Assembly: GCA_035084275.1 (NCBI GenBank)
Contig: CM068748.1
Coordinates: 4,464,001 to 4,528,000 of the forward strand
Origin: Hydrolagus colliei
Lineage: Eukaryota
Length of the DNA stretch: 64,000 nucleotides
Direction of reading: 5' to 3'
Part shown: positions 35,833 through 48,808 of the stretch, in pieces
Layout of the letters: each line of letters starts with the position of its first letter
Position numbering within the stretch: the first letter of the stretch is position 1
Notes under the pieces: model-generated
The model's input: only the letters and a program-made list of their open reading frames with translations
Told to the model about the DNA's origin: nothing
Databases searched by the model: none
Translations under genes and position numbers: made by a program

Positions 35833-36400
35833 GCCCCGGATATTTTACTGGATAATGGCACTGCTCAGTGGAGCTCTGAGTCATACAGGCAAAAAGTCAC
35901 AGGTTTGAATCGTGAACTGTGCTAAGTTGGCTTGTATCAGCTTGAGGTGCAGTTGGGACCTATAATTGGCCGAAGCGCACGTTGACCAGGGAGGTATGGT
36001 TCGACTAGTGTTTCCATTCCTGATCACTATCCAATGTGGTGTGAGGTGATAACAAGATTGAACTTGGTTGTGCTCCATAACAAAGTGAATTTGTAAATAA
36101 TCTATCATTAAGTTGCCAACCAATTTAATAATAAATTGGTCACTTCAACCCATGACTGTTTGTGGGACACTGCTGTGGAGAAATTGGCTGCCGCGTTTCG
36201 CCGACAAAGTATACAGTCGATTTCATTTACAGTATATTCTGTGAAAGGCTTTGAGATGTCTCCAAGGCGTGATAAGGCACTATATCAAATACAAGGATTA
36301 CTATAAGTCAAATAGCCTGCTGACACTCACTGTCTGGGCTCACACACATGAAATATGGCCACTTGGGTGAGGTACTGGAGGGCTGCCAGCACCTGTGGAG
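35833..36400 (+). mobile_element. Unnamed SINE-like element, interrupted by a younger SINE
   Basis: B-box-like caggtttgaatc, body ...cctgatcactatcca...gtcaaatagcctgctgacactcactgtctgggctcacac...ggccacttgggtgaggtactggaggg; related copies at 4095, 15895 and 47480. Confidence 0.65.
36126..36304 (+). mobile_element. tRNA-SINE 3' half nested in an older element
   Basis: aataataaattggtcac...tgtgggacactgctgtg...aattggctgccgcgtttc...tatatcaaatacaaggatta. Confidence 0.88.
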
Positions 36401-37323
36401 GGAAGAGAATTGGCAAACAAAATACTGTACAGCTGAAGAGTTAAATGAGTACTTTGTCACCATAAGGCATGAAAGTTTGTCAGAACCAATATTTTAGAAT
36501 TCTGCTACCTAGACTTTAAAAGCAATGCTGCTGGGATTAGTATGTTATGGTTGATCCTATTTAATGGCGTACTGAACCTTTTGCCTGCATAATCTGCTAT
36601 TTGCATTTTGTAACTGAGTCAAGACGTATCCTAGAGCCAATCACTGCAAAATCCCTCAGTGTAATCTGTTCCAGTAATATGCATCATTTGGTACAGCAAG
36701 CTTTTCCTTTTTCTGCATTGTTTAGTATTAGGTCGGAAAAAACAATGAGACAAATTTGTATGTTCAGCAGATTGTGTGAAATAATTACGGGCAGATTTCA
36801 TAACCACAGTACTTAGTATGGAGCTCATAAACACTCCCAATTTACAGCTTTTGTTACACAATGCTTGATAGTTAGAGTGCTGAAGCTAAAATCAGCAAAG
36901 CATGGATGAGAATAAGAGTTTAGGTGTTGACAGGAAGATCTAACCCGATATAATTCTCTTAAAATAACTTGGTCAGGTTGTGCTAATGCTCGAATGATCA
37001 GTGTTAAGATATGAGATGAGTGAGCGCCTTTACATGCTTAAGTATTTGAGGATTGTAGCTGAATCATGACAACTTAGAATTGAAAAGATATGTAAATCTG
37101 AAAATAGCCTGTTTATACAACAGCCATTCTGAAATTGGTTCTTAAATCATTGAACAGTGCAATTGTTTTTAAGCCTAGAGCAGTTCCTAAAATAGTTACA
37201 TAATGCAACATAAAGGCAGATTGTGTTTTTTAATATTTTTATGCCACTTGATTTTTCTAGTGTTAGCATTACTCCCAAGGCACAACACAGCCGAATATTT
37301 GAAACCTGATATATTCCATGTCT

Positions 37324-37402
37324 TGTCAATTTTGTGAGGTAGGAAAAGTCATGCTCCACTTGACAACTGGCTGAATTGTTGACAAATAAGTGCCTTGAGA
37401 TC
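37324..37402 (+). repeat. Dispersed TGACA-rich repeat, copy 1 (copy 2 at 42184-42261)
   Basis: About 61 of 79 positions identical to 42184-42261 by manual alignment. Confidence 0.75.
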
Positions 37403-37599
37403 TGTAACTACTCTGGAGCAAGGCTTCTTTAAGCTTTTTGGACAATAGCCAGGGGCAGAATTCTGCATCGCTGTAGGACCATAGAAGTTAAAGGTGGATG
37501 CATTATTAACTTGGAAATGCATATAAGGCTGGACTCTAAAGCATTAACTTTGATGCAGTGCATTTTGCAGAAAGAGTAGAATGTTTGTCTCCTGAAGAA

Positions 37600-37990
37600 T
37601 AAATACAAGATTGCTAGGCACACAACATAAAATGATTTGGCGATTGTTAAGCATGGTTTGAAGATGTGCTCAGACATGGCAATAAGGAGCCCACTGCGGG
37701 GTGGCAAATGAGTATTAGGAAAAGTGAAGTGGACGTGCCACCTGCTGATATAACTTCCCTTAAATTTGGAGCCTATTGCATGCCGATCATTAAATAGGCA
37801 TCTTTTTGTTATTTTTTAAATGGGATTTTCCATTGTAGTCCCAAGTCACAGGATGTGATGGTGGTTGGCAAGGCAATTGATTAGCTATTATATTATGCAA
37901 GCAGTCATATAGTGGCAAAATGGATCTAATCACAGAGCATAAAACAAGGTGCAATAACCAGCAAGATTTTCTTAAACTATAGTTCAAGAT
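37600..37990. promoter_or_regulatory. Candidate conserved non-coding element
   Basis: Repeat-free; E-boxes (cacctg, caaatg), tgattag, ctaatc, cataaaa, ccattgt. Confidence 0.3.
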
Positions 37991-38859
37991 GACCAGGTAG
38001 CTGGAAACAAGTGATCACAAAATCCAGTGTCAGTGTTAAACCCCATATTTAAGAATACATTGTGTATATATACATAGATATATATATATATATAGATAGT
38101 TCTTGCATCAAACTTGCTTCTGGATTTTGCTTTGTGTGTGTGGTGGGGGGAGTGGGGGTGGAAACATTGTCTGAGAATATCTATTTGACTTCGAATCTTG
38201 ATTTCTTTTACCCTCCCCTGTCCTAGTACATTCAATGTCACTGCTCTTGTTGCAGTTTCCTCGTTTTTACCCAATATCTAAATTACTCCAGATTGGACTG
38301 TGACAAGCTAACCACACGCCTCACAATAATGTTAATGTAATCGAGCCAGTGCAAACTGCAATTGACGTTCTCCAACAAGAAAAATCTTGGGAGGACGGTT
38401 TTACTGTAAAATTCAGAAGACATTGTGGTTTTCTGGCATTGGGCAACCCTGACTTGGCTCCAAGCCTGTTACAATGTGCCCACCCCTATTAAAGTAAGTG
38501 GAGCTGCTTCAGGGTACACTTAGCAGTGGTCCTCTCTGTCAGTGACACCACCACAGGGGCCTAGCGGTGCAGGAGGCTGGGTTCGTGAAATACGAGGATT
38601 TCTCATTAAAGATATCAAATATTTTTCTAAGTATATAATTTTCGAATATAGCTGGGGGGAGCACTTTGAACAGAAGAGAACAACCCTGGATTTTTGCTAT
38701 CCCTTTTAATAATTGGGAATTGCTGTCCATCAGCACAAGGGAGAGAAATTATCTGGAGTTTTTTGGGAGAGAAAAGAATCTAAAAAGAATCTTTTGCATC
38801 ATGCAGAAAGGAAGGATACAAATTTGGGCTGATTTTTAATTACTCCAAATGGTAATAGA

Positions 38860-39540
38860 TTGTAGATGAATGTCTATCAAAATGGTAGCATAGAATGGTG
38901 GACCCGTCACAGACTCCATTGTGATGTGGATTAATAATCAGAAGGCTCGGGAGGGGAACACATGTGATTTTTAATATCTGGTTGTGACCTTAAAAGGATG
39001 GAAAAAGCAAGGGAAGCACTTAATTATCAGCCAACATAATGTTAGTTGATTTGATTCTGTGGCATGAGCTGGGTCAAAAAATAACTAAATGAGGTGCCAT
39101 TGTTTCAGGAGATCTGAATTGAAGGGCTTGAAGTTAGAAGCAGTGAGGATAAATTGGCAAGTGATACTTGAACGGCAAATACAGAAAAATCAAATGCTTT
39201 TTAAGGATATATTTTGGAGTGGGTGAAACGTAATACCATATAGAAACAGATGTTGGATAGAATTCTAATGGTAACATGTGCAAAATGTGTTTCAATTATA
39301 CATTGAAAGGATTAGGGAAAGCAGAAAATGGAGAAATGTGAACAATACATAAGCGTAAAACTGCCGAAGATGATAAATCCGGACTAAAACGCAAATGCTT
39401 GGCAATCTACAATAGGAAAAAGAGGAGATTAAGCTGTCTGCCATGCATCATGGCAAATGTAGGAATCGGAAGTCAGTTTTCGCTTAGTGGCCAAAAAGAT
39501 CACTAAGAATAAAGATGAAATAAATGTTCATATTTTCTGA
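38860..39540 (+). mobile_element. Highly decayed CR1-like ORF2 fragment
   Basis: Purine-rich, A-biased strand resembling the CR1 region between endonuclease and RT; no intact motifs. Confidence 0.35.
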
Positions 39541-40429
39541 CAAAGATTAAAAGAATAAAAATTGAAACCTGGTAGCCCTAATGTAACATGGGTTAAAATT
39601 TCCTGCATCCCAACATCCATGTTCACTGAATATTCCCCGAATAAGTGAGTAGTAGCACCACAACTGAGCCAAATCTGTTATAATTTGTATTTTAAAATCT
39701 ATGTACTGTATTTGTTTCTTTAGGTCTGCCAAAGTAGTACTTTTTGTACATGTTATCAAATACTGTTCTCCAGCAGGATTGCAAAGTGGCTATCAGAGAC
39801 AGGATCCAGAGAAAATTGTTCACTTTCCTCCCAACTCTCAGGACATATGAAAGCATTTGCAATGTTCCTGGACAAACTCTAAGTCATATTAGGGATGAGA
39901 CTTGGGACCTGTGTACTTCAGTGTCCCACCCCGTGGGAGCTATTGGGGAAGCTATACTCCAGTAGCTTTAAATGTGTCATTTCAGTAAAGGAAAAGTAAT
40001 AATACATTGTGGGAGTAGTGGGATGGATACTTACTTCCAGGGCTGGAAGCATAGGAAATGATCAATATTGGTTATACAGAGGGTTCAAAGTGGCAGGATA
40101 TTTACAAGGGTCAGCACAGCCCTTTTGATCTTCTACCCTTTTTTCCTTGTTATGGTAGCTGTATTATCAATAAATTCATTAACAATTAAAGTATGTTATG
40201 TAATGCTGTAGGCATAATGTGAAGCCAACCGAATTAATAACCATTCTCCTGTGTTTCATTCCATGGAGGAGCATTAGCATCTGTTATCACTATACCCTAT
40301 GGCCCCGGGTTTCTAGGGACATAGTGGTAGGCTTATACTGTTGGATGGTGGATGTACCATTGTGAAATACCAGTTGTCTGAGGCAGGAGAAATAATAAAC
40401 AATAATACATCAGGTGAAGAGCTCATAGA

Positions 40430-40890
40430 TGGATTGCAGCCTAGGCCAATATGTTGGGAGGAACTATAGGGAAGCCAGGCATGCCTTACCATAAGAATGC
40501 TACAGAAATCCCTTTCAAAATATGCCTGAGGCACAAGTACCTGAGAGAGGGCATAGACACCAATCCACACTACCTATGAGCTCTGTGTAGGATCAATGGG
40601 AGGAATAATGCGATGAAGCATCGTCACTTTGAGCCTGATGATAAATTGCATATCCACAGCACCGGACAGGGAGAAACTGATATTGAAAGTGTTTAGTGCT
40701 GCCATCAAATGTTTTGCTAGTAGCCTGGTTGACCTAACGTGAATCTCAATCTGTGAAATCCACCTGCAATAATTCATATAGGTCCTGGAGAGTCTGTTTA
40801 TGCAGCCATTAGTGCCTCGCAGACAAGGTCAGGAAGCTGCTCCAGGGCAGATTTCAGCCTTGAGGATATCTCCTCCTGCATTTTCATGAA
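40430..40890 (-). mobile_element. Decayed PIF/Harbinger transposase fragment
   Basis: Frame-broken minus-strand peptides RRYPQ...SFLTLS...LYELLQVD...LMAALNTF...DM...GFPIV in the order expected for the N-terminal half of a HARBI1-type transposase. Confidence 0.5.
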
Positions 40891-41459
40891 CTCCAACAGC
40901 AGGTTTTGTGTTGCCTGAAGCCAGTTGACTAAGTCTGGATGTTGTCTTTTCACATTTGAATAGATTAATCTGTGTTATGACTAGACTTTATCTGGTGTTA
41001 ATGGTCAAAGTATTTGCTCTGACTGACTGTAAGAGGTGAAAATAGCATTACAGCACATACATTGTAACACAAGCCTTTCTCTGGCATATTCACGGGAGTA
41101 AAAGGCTTAAATGGCACAGCCTTTAGTATTGGGTAAAATAGAGTAGAAAATAAAATATTCAACAATACACCAGTGCTAACCGTGTTAATGCCAATAAACC
41201 AGCAAAACAATAGGATTATGTTAGTACAAAGTGCACTTGAGATCTTGAGGCAAAGTGACAATTCCTTTCAAAGCATATTGTAGTTCTTTGAGGGTGTAAA
41301 TTTGGATGTGCTTACAAAGCACACTACATTACTTGTATTATTGAAAACATAATTATAGCTTCAACTTGAAACGATTTCTTTAAATTATAACACACATTTA
41401 AAATGAAAATGTCTTAATGAGGGTTTTGAAGGCTAATACTTTGAAGGCTAATAATTGTT

Positions 41460-41748
41460 GCCGAACGCAGCGACTAATTTGTACACAGCAATCCCTCACA
41501 ATCAGCCATGAAATGAATTAGTTTTCTTTTATTTGCAGGACTTTTGCCCAGAAATTCCCTTCTCTTTTCAAATAGTGTCAAGGTTTAGCTGAACTGTCAC
41601 TCGGGGCATCTCATCTGAAGGATGGCACCTCTGATGATGCAACCCATTGGGGTGTCACGTTAGACTATGTGAGTTCAAATCCCAACGTGGGGCTTGAATC
41701 CACAACCTCTGACTCAGAGGTGAGAGTGCTACCCTGATCCAGGCTGAC
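41460..41748 (-). mobile_element. DeuSINE (SacSINE1/AmnSINE1-type)
   Basis: ttctcttttcaaatagtg, tctcatctgaaggatggcacctctga (Deu core, reverse) and head cttgaatccacaacctctgactcagaggtgagagtgctacc. Confidence 0.8.
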
Positions 41749-42183
41749 GTACCTCTATATAGGCAGCGGTGAGGACACAATATTGTTTTTCTGCAAATCT
41801 GGCTGATATTTGAAGGCGTGACTCTCAGGTCATCGGTAAAATTGAAATTGCGATGCACTGCATAACCTTTTTATCATCTGATGATTCTTGAAGTTTGGTT
41901 AAAATGTTTTGTGGAACAATACAGTACAGCGTAGAATATAAATGATCGTCCCACCTGTGTTGCTTTAAATTCCTACGATGAATTAAAAATGTTGCTGTAA
42001 CAAATTTGATCAGCCATAAAAATAATGGTATTACAGTGCTAAACTAAATTGTTTGATTTTTTTAATTTCGGTTTATTTTGACCAGGCCTGGGGGGTGGGG
42101 GAAGGAGAGACAGAAAAAATCATTTTAGCTGTGCAGTCGGCAGGGCAGTAGAATTTTATTCGTCTGACAAGAAATCCTAATCC

Positions 42184-42261
42184 TGTCAATTTTGTAAGGT
42201 AGAGAATCCCATTCCCACTTGACAAAAAGTTGAAGTGCTGACAAACGAATGACTTGAGATC
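42184..42261 (+). repeat. Dispersed TGACA-rich repeat, copy 2
   Basis: Aligns with 37324-37402. Confidence 0.75.
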
Positions 42262-42520
42262 CATGTCTGCTTGTGGGAAGTCTTTTTTAAGCCTCTTGGA
42301 CGATAGCTAGAGGCAAGGTTGAACTGGAAGACCTTACAGGTGAAAAGCAGCATTTAGTTATCCTGAATATGCCTAATAGCTTGGACTGTGGAGCTTCTGC
42401 CATGATGTGCTGTGTTTTATTTAATGAATTGTGTTGCATTGTTATATATTAATGTTATAGTATCTTATCAGGTGTGTTACTCAAAACAACTTAATTGTTG
42501 AAAATAGGAAGTCATTTAGC

Positions 42521-42730
42521 ATATTCATAGACAATTTAACACTGTCATAGGTTACATTACAAACATCCCGTACCAGTTGGTCTGCTCTTTCTATTTATTA
42601 AAACTTTTCATGCAGTAAAAACATTATATTCATAGACAATTTAACACTGTCATAGGTTACATTACAAACATCCCGTACCAGTTGGTCTGCTCTTTCTATT
42701 TATTAAAACTTTTCATGCAGTAAAAACATT
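42521..42730 (+). repeat. Perfect 105-bp tandem duplication (2 copies)
   Basis: 42521-42625 identical to 42626-42730. Confidence 0.97.
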
Positions 42731-45719
42731 TTACTTGTTAACGAGGCAAAATGGTAGAATTAATGACATAGAGCTTGGATCTTCCAAGATGTCTCCTGAA
42801 ACCATGCAAAACCATCTCCCTTTTCCTGTATGTAGTTTAATTTCTGTGTTAAGGTTCAATAAGCAAATGCAAATAGATTGAATGATTTGCATCAGTAGAT
42901 CATTTCTCAGTATAATATCCTTTGCTATTTTGGTCAAGGACTTTTTCTTTAGTAAGCTTCACCTATTTCCTAGAGCAAAAATTATTAATATTGGTAACAT
43001 TAAGATATGTTCAAATGAGAAGTGAGATGAATTTATCATGTAGTTAGTCAGATTGGTCTATCATCTTTCCAGTCAGGTTAATTGCAGCAGAGGATATGTA
43101 TAGTACACTGGATGTGAAAGAACGCATGGGGAGTTGCAAAAAATAATAGCCTTTAATGAAATATTTTAAACAGCCACTTCAATTTAAAATTTGATTCTCT
43201 GAAATATGCATAATTGTAAAACTTTGCAAAAAAGCACCAGTATCCTACTGATAATATGTCTATTGCTTTTTATTTATAAGGTGTGTTCATTTTAGTATGA
43301 CCACAATGTTAACAGGAAAAAGCAGCTTTTGGAGAAATGTCATACTAATTGCAATCATTTTGCTCTACAACCATTTAAATTTTGGGATAAATATGTAAAT
43401 ATTAGTTACTACTTTATGGGGTATCTATTTTATATTTTCTTTTTTGTCAATTATTTTCATTTCCTTCTGTAATTTCTATTCTCTCCTCCTTTTCCACGCT
43501 TAACCTGCGTTCTGAATTAGACTGGACAACAGAGGAGTATGAGGACAACCATGGAGCTAGCTCCGTTGGATGACTTGAATTCAGCTATGAGAGAGCAAGA
43601 GAGCTCATGGGCTCTTGGGGGAACCTGTATGTGCTAGGGTTTTAGTTAATTTTGAAATGAATGAATTTCCCATGTCCGGTGGTGTACAAATGTCGTCAGA
43701 ATTTTCTGCTGTGTCCCTGCCGTATCAAATATCTCCAAAGGGGTCCACTTTTTCTCCACCTCCCCACCCCTACCACCATATCTATTCTTCAAAGTGTTGG
43801 ATCCTCAACACTTTGAAGAATAGGTATTCTTAGGTATTATGTAAAAGGCTTGATTGCAGCGTACCATCTCAGCAAAGATTTCCCTTGCCTTTTCGTGCTT
43901 TTGTTAAGCGCAGAAAATAGGTAATGACAAAGAAATCCTGTATTGGAAATTAAAAATGCAGTTTAGTATTTCTTCATGAATAATACAGAATTCTGCATAT
44001 ATTACACAAATATGTATAATTTTGAAACCCCCTGCTGTGATAAATGGCACAGAATAGCAACTGGAATATTTCCTTAATTGAGAACAATGTTACTCGGTTC
44101 TGTGATTGAGGTACATTTGCTTCACAAGCTGCAGATTTTTTTCAGGAAATAAACTTGTTTTAATTTTAAAAATAAGGTTGTTGAAAGACTCGAGCCTTGC
44201 TCTTTGTAGAAGGTTGGAATAGAAGATTTACTGTGCAGAGGATTAGCCACCATTCCCATAAGTATTAATTTTAACTCTACTAATAAGAAACTGTGCAAAA
44301 GTGGAATTATGAGTTCACTAGTATCCTACAAAAGGTCAGTTGTTAAAAAGGCGAAGTCTGACATTCTGAGAAAAAAGTACCTTCATTAATCATCCTGAAA
44401 TTGTCAGCCCTGAATATTCTTGACCAATAAAAACAAGCAACGTACAATATTTTATGTTTTCAACAATGTTTTGTTTAGTAAGGATAATTTTTGCCAGAAT
44501 TAAGTAAATTCTACTTCATACAGTAAAGTATTACACATGATCTACTCCTGAGTATTTGTATTTAAAAGAACAAGGTAATTTGCTTCACTACTTTAATCAT
44601 TCATACCATGAATTTTTGAATTTTGCTTTCCCATCTCCAGTGTTTATTTGGAGGTATAACAGTTATGTAGCATGAATAATTATTTTATGACTAAAGCCAA
44701 CCAAATATTTTATAATTTATATGGTTTTGCCTAAATAAGGCGCACATTATTTCATACATCTTTGAATATGTTATATAGTACTTATTTTGACGGTAATAAA
44801 AATTTGATACTCTAGATTCAGTGATAGACTGAACTTTGGTTACAATGTCAGCCTTTTTTTTGCCTTTAAAAGTGCACAAAAGTGCATTAAAGTAAGATAT
44901 CTTTCCTTAATGGCAACATTTGCCTAAATGTATGAGTAATTTAACATTTTCACTAATTGGATGAGCTTCTGATTTTAATCTTTCATGGTCAACAGTACAC
45001 TAGAGGAATAAACAAATTATTCATTCTTCAAACTCTCAGGAGTTTGCTACCCTTGGTACATACATCCGATTGTGTAAAAGTTAAACTTCATAAAACCTGG
45101 GGATTATTTCTGTAACCACTTCATGTAAACACTTTTTCAGTTTCTTGCGATAAAAAGTTTGCACGTAAGCATTGAATCTTAAACCCTCTGTACAAATGTT
45201 TTGGGATTAATTGTGCATTTCCATATGATACATAGATTATGCTGTCATTATTTATTTTTGTCTGCGAGCCATCTTACTATATTAATGTCTCCCAACAGAT
45301 TTTGTTCAGCCTTCAGCTCTATTTCAATGTGGATCATGCTTTTGAAATAAATAGAAGAAATTAGAACAAATCATTTTTTTCTTGAAGTGTATGTTTTATT
45401 TGGTCACAAATGTGCCAAACATTGCTGAAGTAAAAGATGTTGTGCTATATAGGCTTACCTATATTTAAGTTTCAATGAAATATTTCCTGTCTTCTGTTAA
45501 CCTATCCAATTAAAGCTGCTAATGTTAAACTCAGATATAATGAAAGTGTTTATATTGAAAACATTCCTGTTTCTCGGCTCACTTATATGACTGAATGAAA
45601 AAGCATTCCTTTTAATTTGCAGTGAATTCATTCAGTTCAGTGTAAACATTTAAATACCAATCCTCATTTGTGCAGGCTTTTAGGAAACCTGAGAATGCTT
45701 CTCAAATCACTGGACGTCT

Positions 45720-45780
45720 ATCAGCGCCTTGCAAGTCATCCCGACCTGAAAGGAGCTATATAATACATTTTGTTGTTGTC
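45720..45780 (+). mobile_element. L2 3' tail remnant
   Basis: tcagcgccttg...cccgacctgaaaggagctatataa..ttgttgttg. Confidence 0.7.
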
Positions 45781-48583
45781 AATAAATGTGAAGTGCTGTG
45801 TTATACTTCTTAAAACTATTTTGTGCAGAATCAGAAGAAGACACCTATTGAAATGTTAAGATTAATATAGACTGAGAAAATATTTATGGAATACCATAGT
45901 TCCAATTCTGTTGGGACCATGGATGTGGCACCTGTCTAATGTAACCGCAGGAAGGATTGAATGGTAGGTATGCTTGTTAGATTGGCAGAATAGGTTGAGA
46001 AAATGTTGCTGAATCCTAGAAAGAGACAATAGCAGAGAGAGAGAGAGAGAAAACTGAAGATGAATCAATCTTATGAAGATGTGATTGGGAGTATAAATGG
46101 GAAAAGAGAAGGAATAGTATGGATGGCTTTGATCAACTTCAGACCTGTGCATATACAGACTTACTCCATCAGCTTGCCATGAAAGTCAGACAGCTATTGA
46201 CATAAGTTTTGATTTGATTGCCCTGGGGGAAGGAAGTCAGGGAGTCATTTCGTAGAGGTTTTGCTTCTTGAAGGTTTCATCTCTGGTTATTCACCTCCCT
46301 CAGGATATTATAGAAATAAGACCGAGTCAGTAGCAGTGCAAACTGTTTGTGGTCCATTGGATTGGACAGGCTTGATGGACTTCATGTACTTTTCCATCCT
46401 TTTGTTAATTAAGGGAAGTGGCTAAGCCGTGGAAAGGATGAGATGAAAAAAACTTGAAGAACAGCTACTTTAGCCCTATAAGTTGTAATTTATTGGAATG
46501 GTCTTGCACCTATTGCAGTGAATTTAGACACATATGAAATATTGCATAAAAATGGTTAGATTTCCAATTCGAGAGAAACTGGAGGGGTGGAAGTGATATG
46601 CCAATGTCGGTGGCAAATTAAAATGATTAATGCGAGTCTGAAACATGGGTCTAAAGATAGGCTAAATGTCCTTAACTTGTTCCAGAAGACTTATGAAGTC
46701 TCGCTTTGTGATATGTAGAGGCCACATCGATCAGTGTAAAAGACTGAGACTGTAGCGCAGTCTTACATTAGAAAGTGTAATTTAGTCTGAGAATGTAAAG
46801 TGTTCTGTTGAGTTGACTGTTTACTACAAATGAGCTTAAACTTCCTGCTTTCTACATTTCAGTGAAGTTTGTTCAGTGGCTACGAGCCATGTCTTGAAAA
46901 CAAACATTGCCAGAAATAGTTCCTTGTTATTTTACTGCTCATTTTATGTTTTGTTTTTGGCGAGTCAGTGTAATTTCAAACCTATATGATATGCATATAA
47001 AGTTAATGTCATTCAATAGGAATTAGAGCAAATTAAACCAGTGATGAGATTGCAATATTCATCCATGACAGTAGCAACCACAATGTTATGTTGTGCTGTT
47101 ACATTCTGAAGATTTTTGTCTGTGTAGAACTTAATCAGTCACATTGAGCTGACCACATCTTGTTTGATAAGACAAATCAATTTTTTTTGCACAGTTGGGT
47201 GTCTGAAACCTGTGGAAACCCATCACCAGGCTTGAGAATCTAAAACAAACCAATAATTCCATGCAACCCACCTATACATGGAAATTCCAGGGGTAGGATT
47301 TGTTGGAATGGAATGTGCATTCTCTTCCAAGAGGGACAATCTTGCTGACCCAATTCTGGAAAATATTAAGCGCAAGTTGGCAAGAGCCAGGACTTGAGGA
47401 CCCTGGAGCATTGGGGGTACTACTGGAGTTTAACCAGCAAAAAACACATAACTTGCCATTGATAGCACTGGTTGACAGTTTCCCACTGCCCCTCCCCCAA
47501 GTGACTGGTCCTCCCTTTTAAGCCCTGCCGATGAGCCAGCCAGGCTGTACTATCATCAGCAAGGCCCTGAGTATTCTAAATGTTTAACCAGATTGGATTT
47601 CCATGAATAAAGGGTTACACATTGGTCATTTTGGGTGAGGATTTGGGTAGTACACTACAGCCAATTTGAGCAGAATTAATGTTGAAAGACTTATGGCTGT
47701 GACCCAATTGTTGACTTTGAACATTGTTTTAAATGAACTATTCATAAAGGGCAGTCAGGTAATTGGGACATTTACTCGCTACAGACCTATCCCCATTAAC
47801 CTTCACAAAGTTTTGGTGACTTTTGAACACTGTTTGGCATCCATAGCTTCTTAATATGCACAATTCTGACTTTTAAGGTAATAAGCCTTAAGGGGTCAAC
47901 GGTATCATATGAAAAAGCATAATGTCATATCATCGCAAGGCGTAGCCCAAAATCTTAGGCCATACTCAATGCAACCCTAATGACAAATAGCATAAAGTAG
48001 CTTGGAATACAAGTGACAATAAATAGGAAATTTGATGACAATTGCTATAAACCAGATTGTTCAAGGGGCACAGATGGACTCCAAATATATTTTTAAGTGT
48101 TTTTTTTTAGGTACTCACAGGAGCTTTGATAGTACAATCACACTGCAAAACAAATTTGAAGGGTTAAATGGCATTTATTATGTATTCATACAGCATTGCA
48201 TTGCGGTTTGATTTGTAACAACATTCAAATTTTGAATAATTACAGTATTAATTTACAGTCTTGGATTTATATCTGACTTATTTGACTAGTTTTGATATCA
48301 ACAGTTAAACAATTGAAGAATCATTTTCACATTGTTAAACATGCAAGTAAAGTAACATAGGAAGGACAAATGAGTAGTAAACAAAAGGGGAAAAAATGAA
48401 CTCAATAATATATAGGATATCAAAAAGCCAGTAGGAAAACATACTTGGATAGATTTAGTAGTCTGTAAGTTTTTGCTTTAATACTATATAGGAAGGTAGG
48501 TAATTTTGTGTTCAGGAGCTGCATTTATCAAAAATGATGATGATATACATATCGCTTCCATATCACAGAATGTTCTTGGTCAA

Positions 48584-48715
48584 NNNNNNNNNNNNNNNNN
48601 NNNNNNNNNNNNNNNNNNNNNNNNNNNNNNNNNNNNNNNNNNNNNNNNNNNNNNNNNNNNNNNNNNNNNNNNNNNNNNNNNNNNNNNNNNNNNNNNNNNN
48701 NNNNNNNNNNNNNNN
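48584..48715. other. Assembly gap (132 N)
   Basis: Run of N. Confidence 1.
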
Positions 48716-48772
48716 AGCGATGTGGAAGCCAAATTGTAGAGGATGTTTTTTGTATTTGTCAATCCTACTCAG

Positions 48773-48808
48773 AAGGTTGCTGATGTCAATTACCGAGGAG
48801 TTACAAAG
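48773..48808 (+). other. Candidate 36-nt cassette exon, in frame with MGMT (RLLMSITEELQ)
   Basis: ttttttgtatttgtcaatcctactcag| (or aag| at 48776) ... AAG|gtaggt; open in phase 2. Confidence 0.35.
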
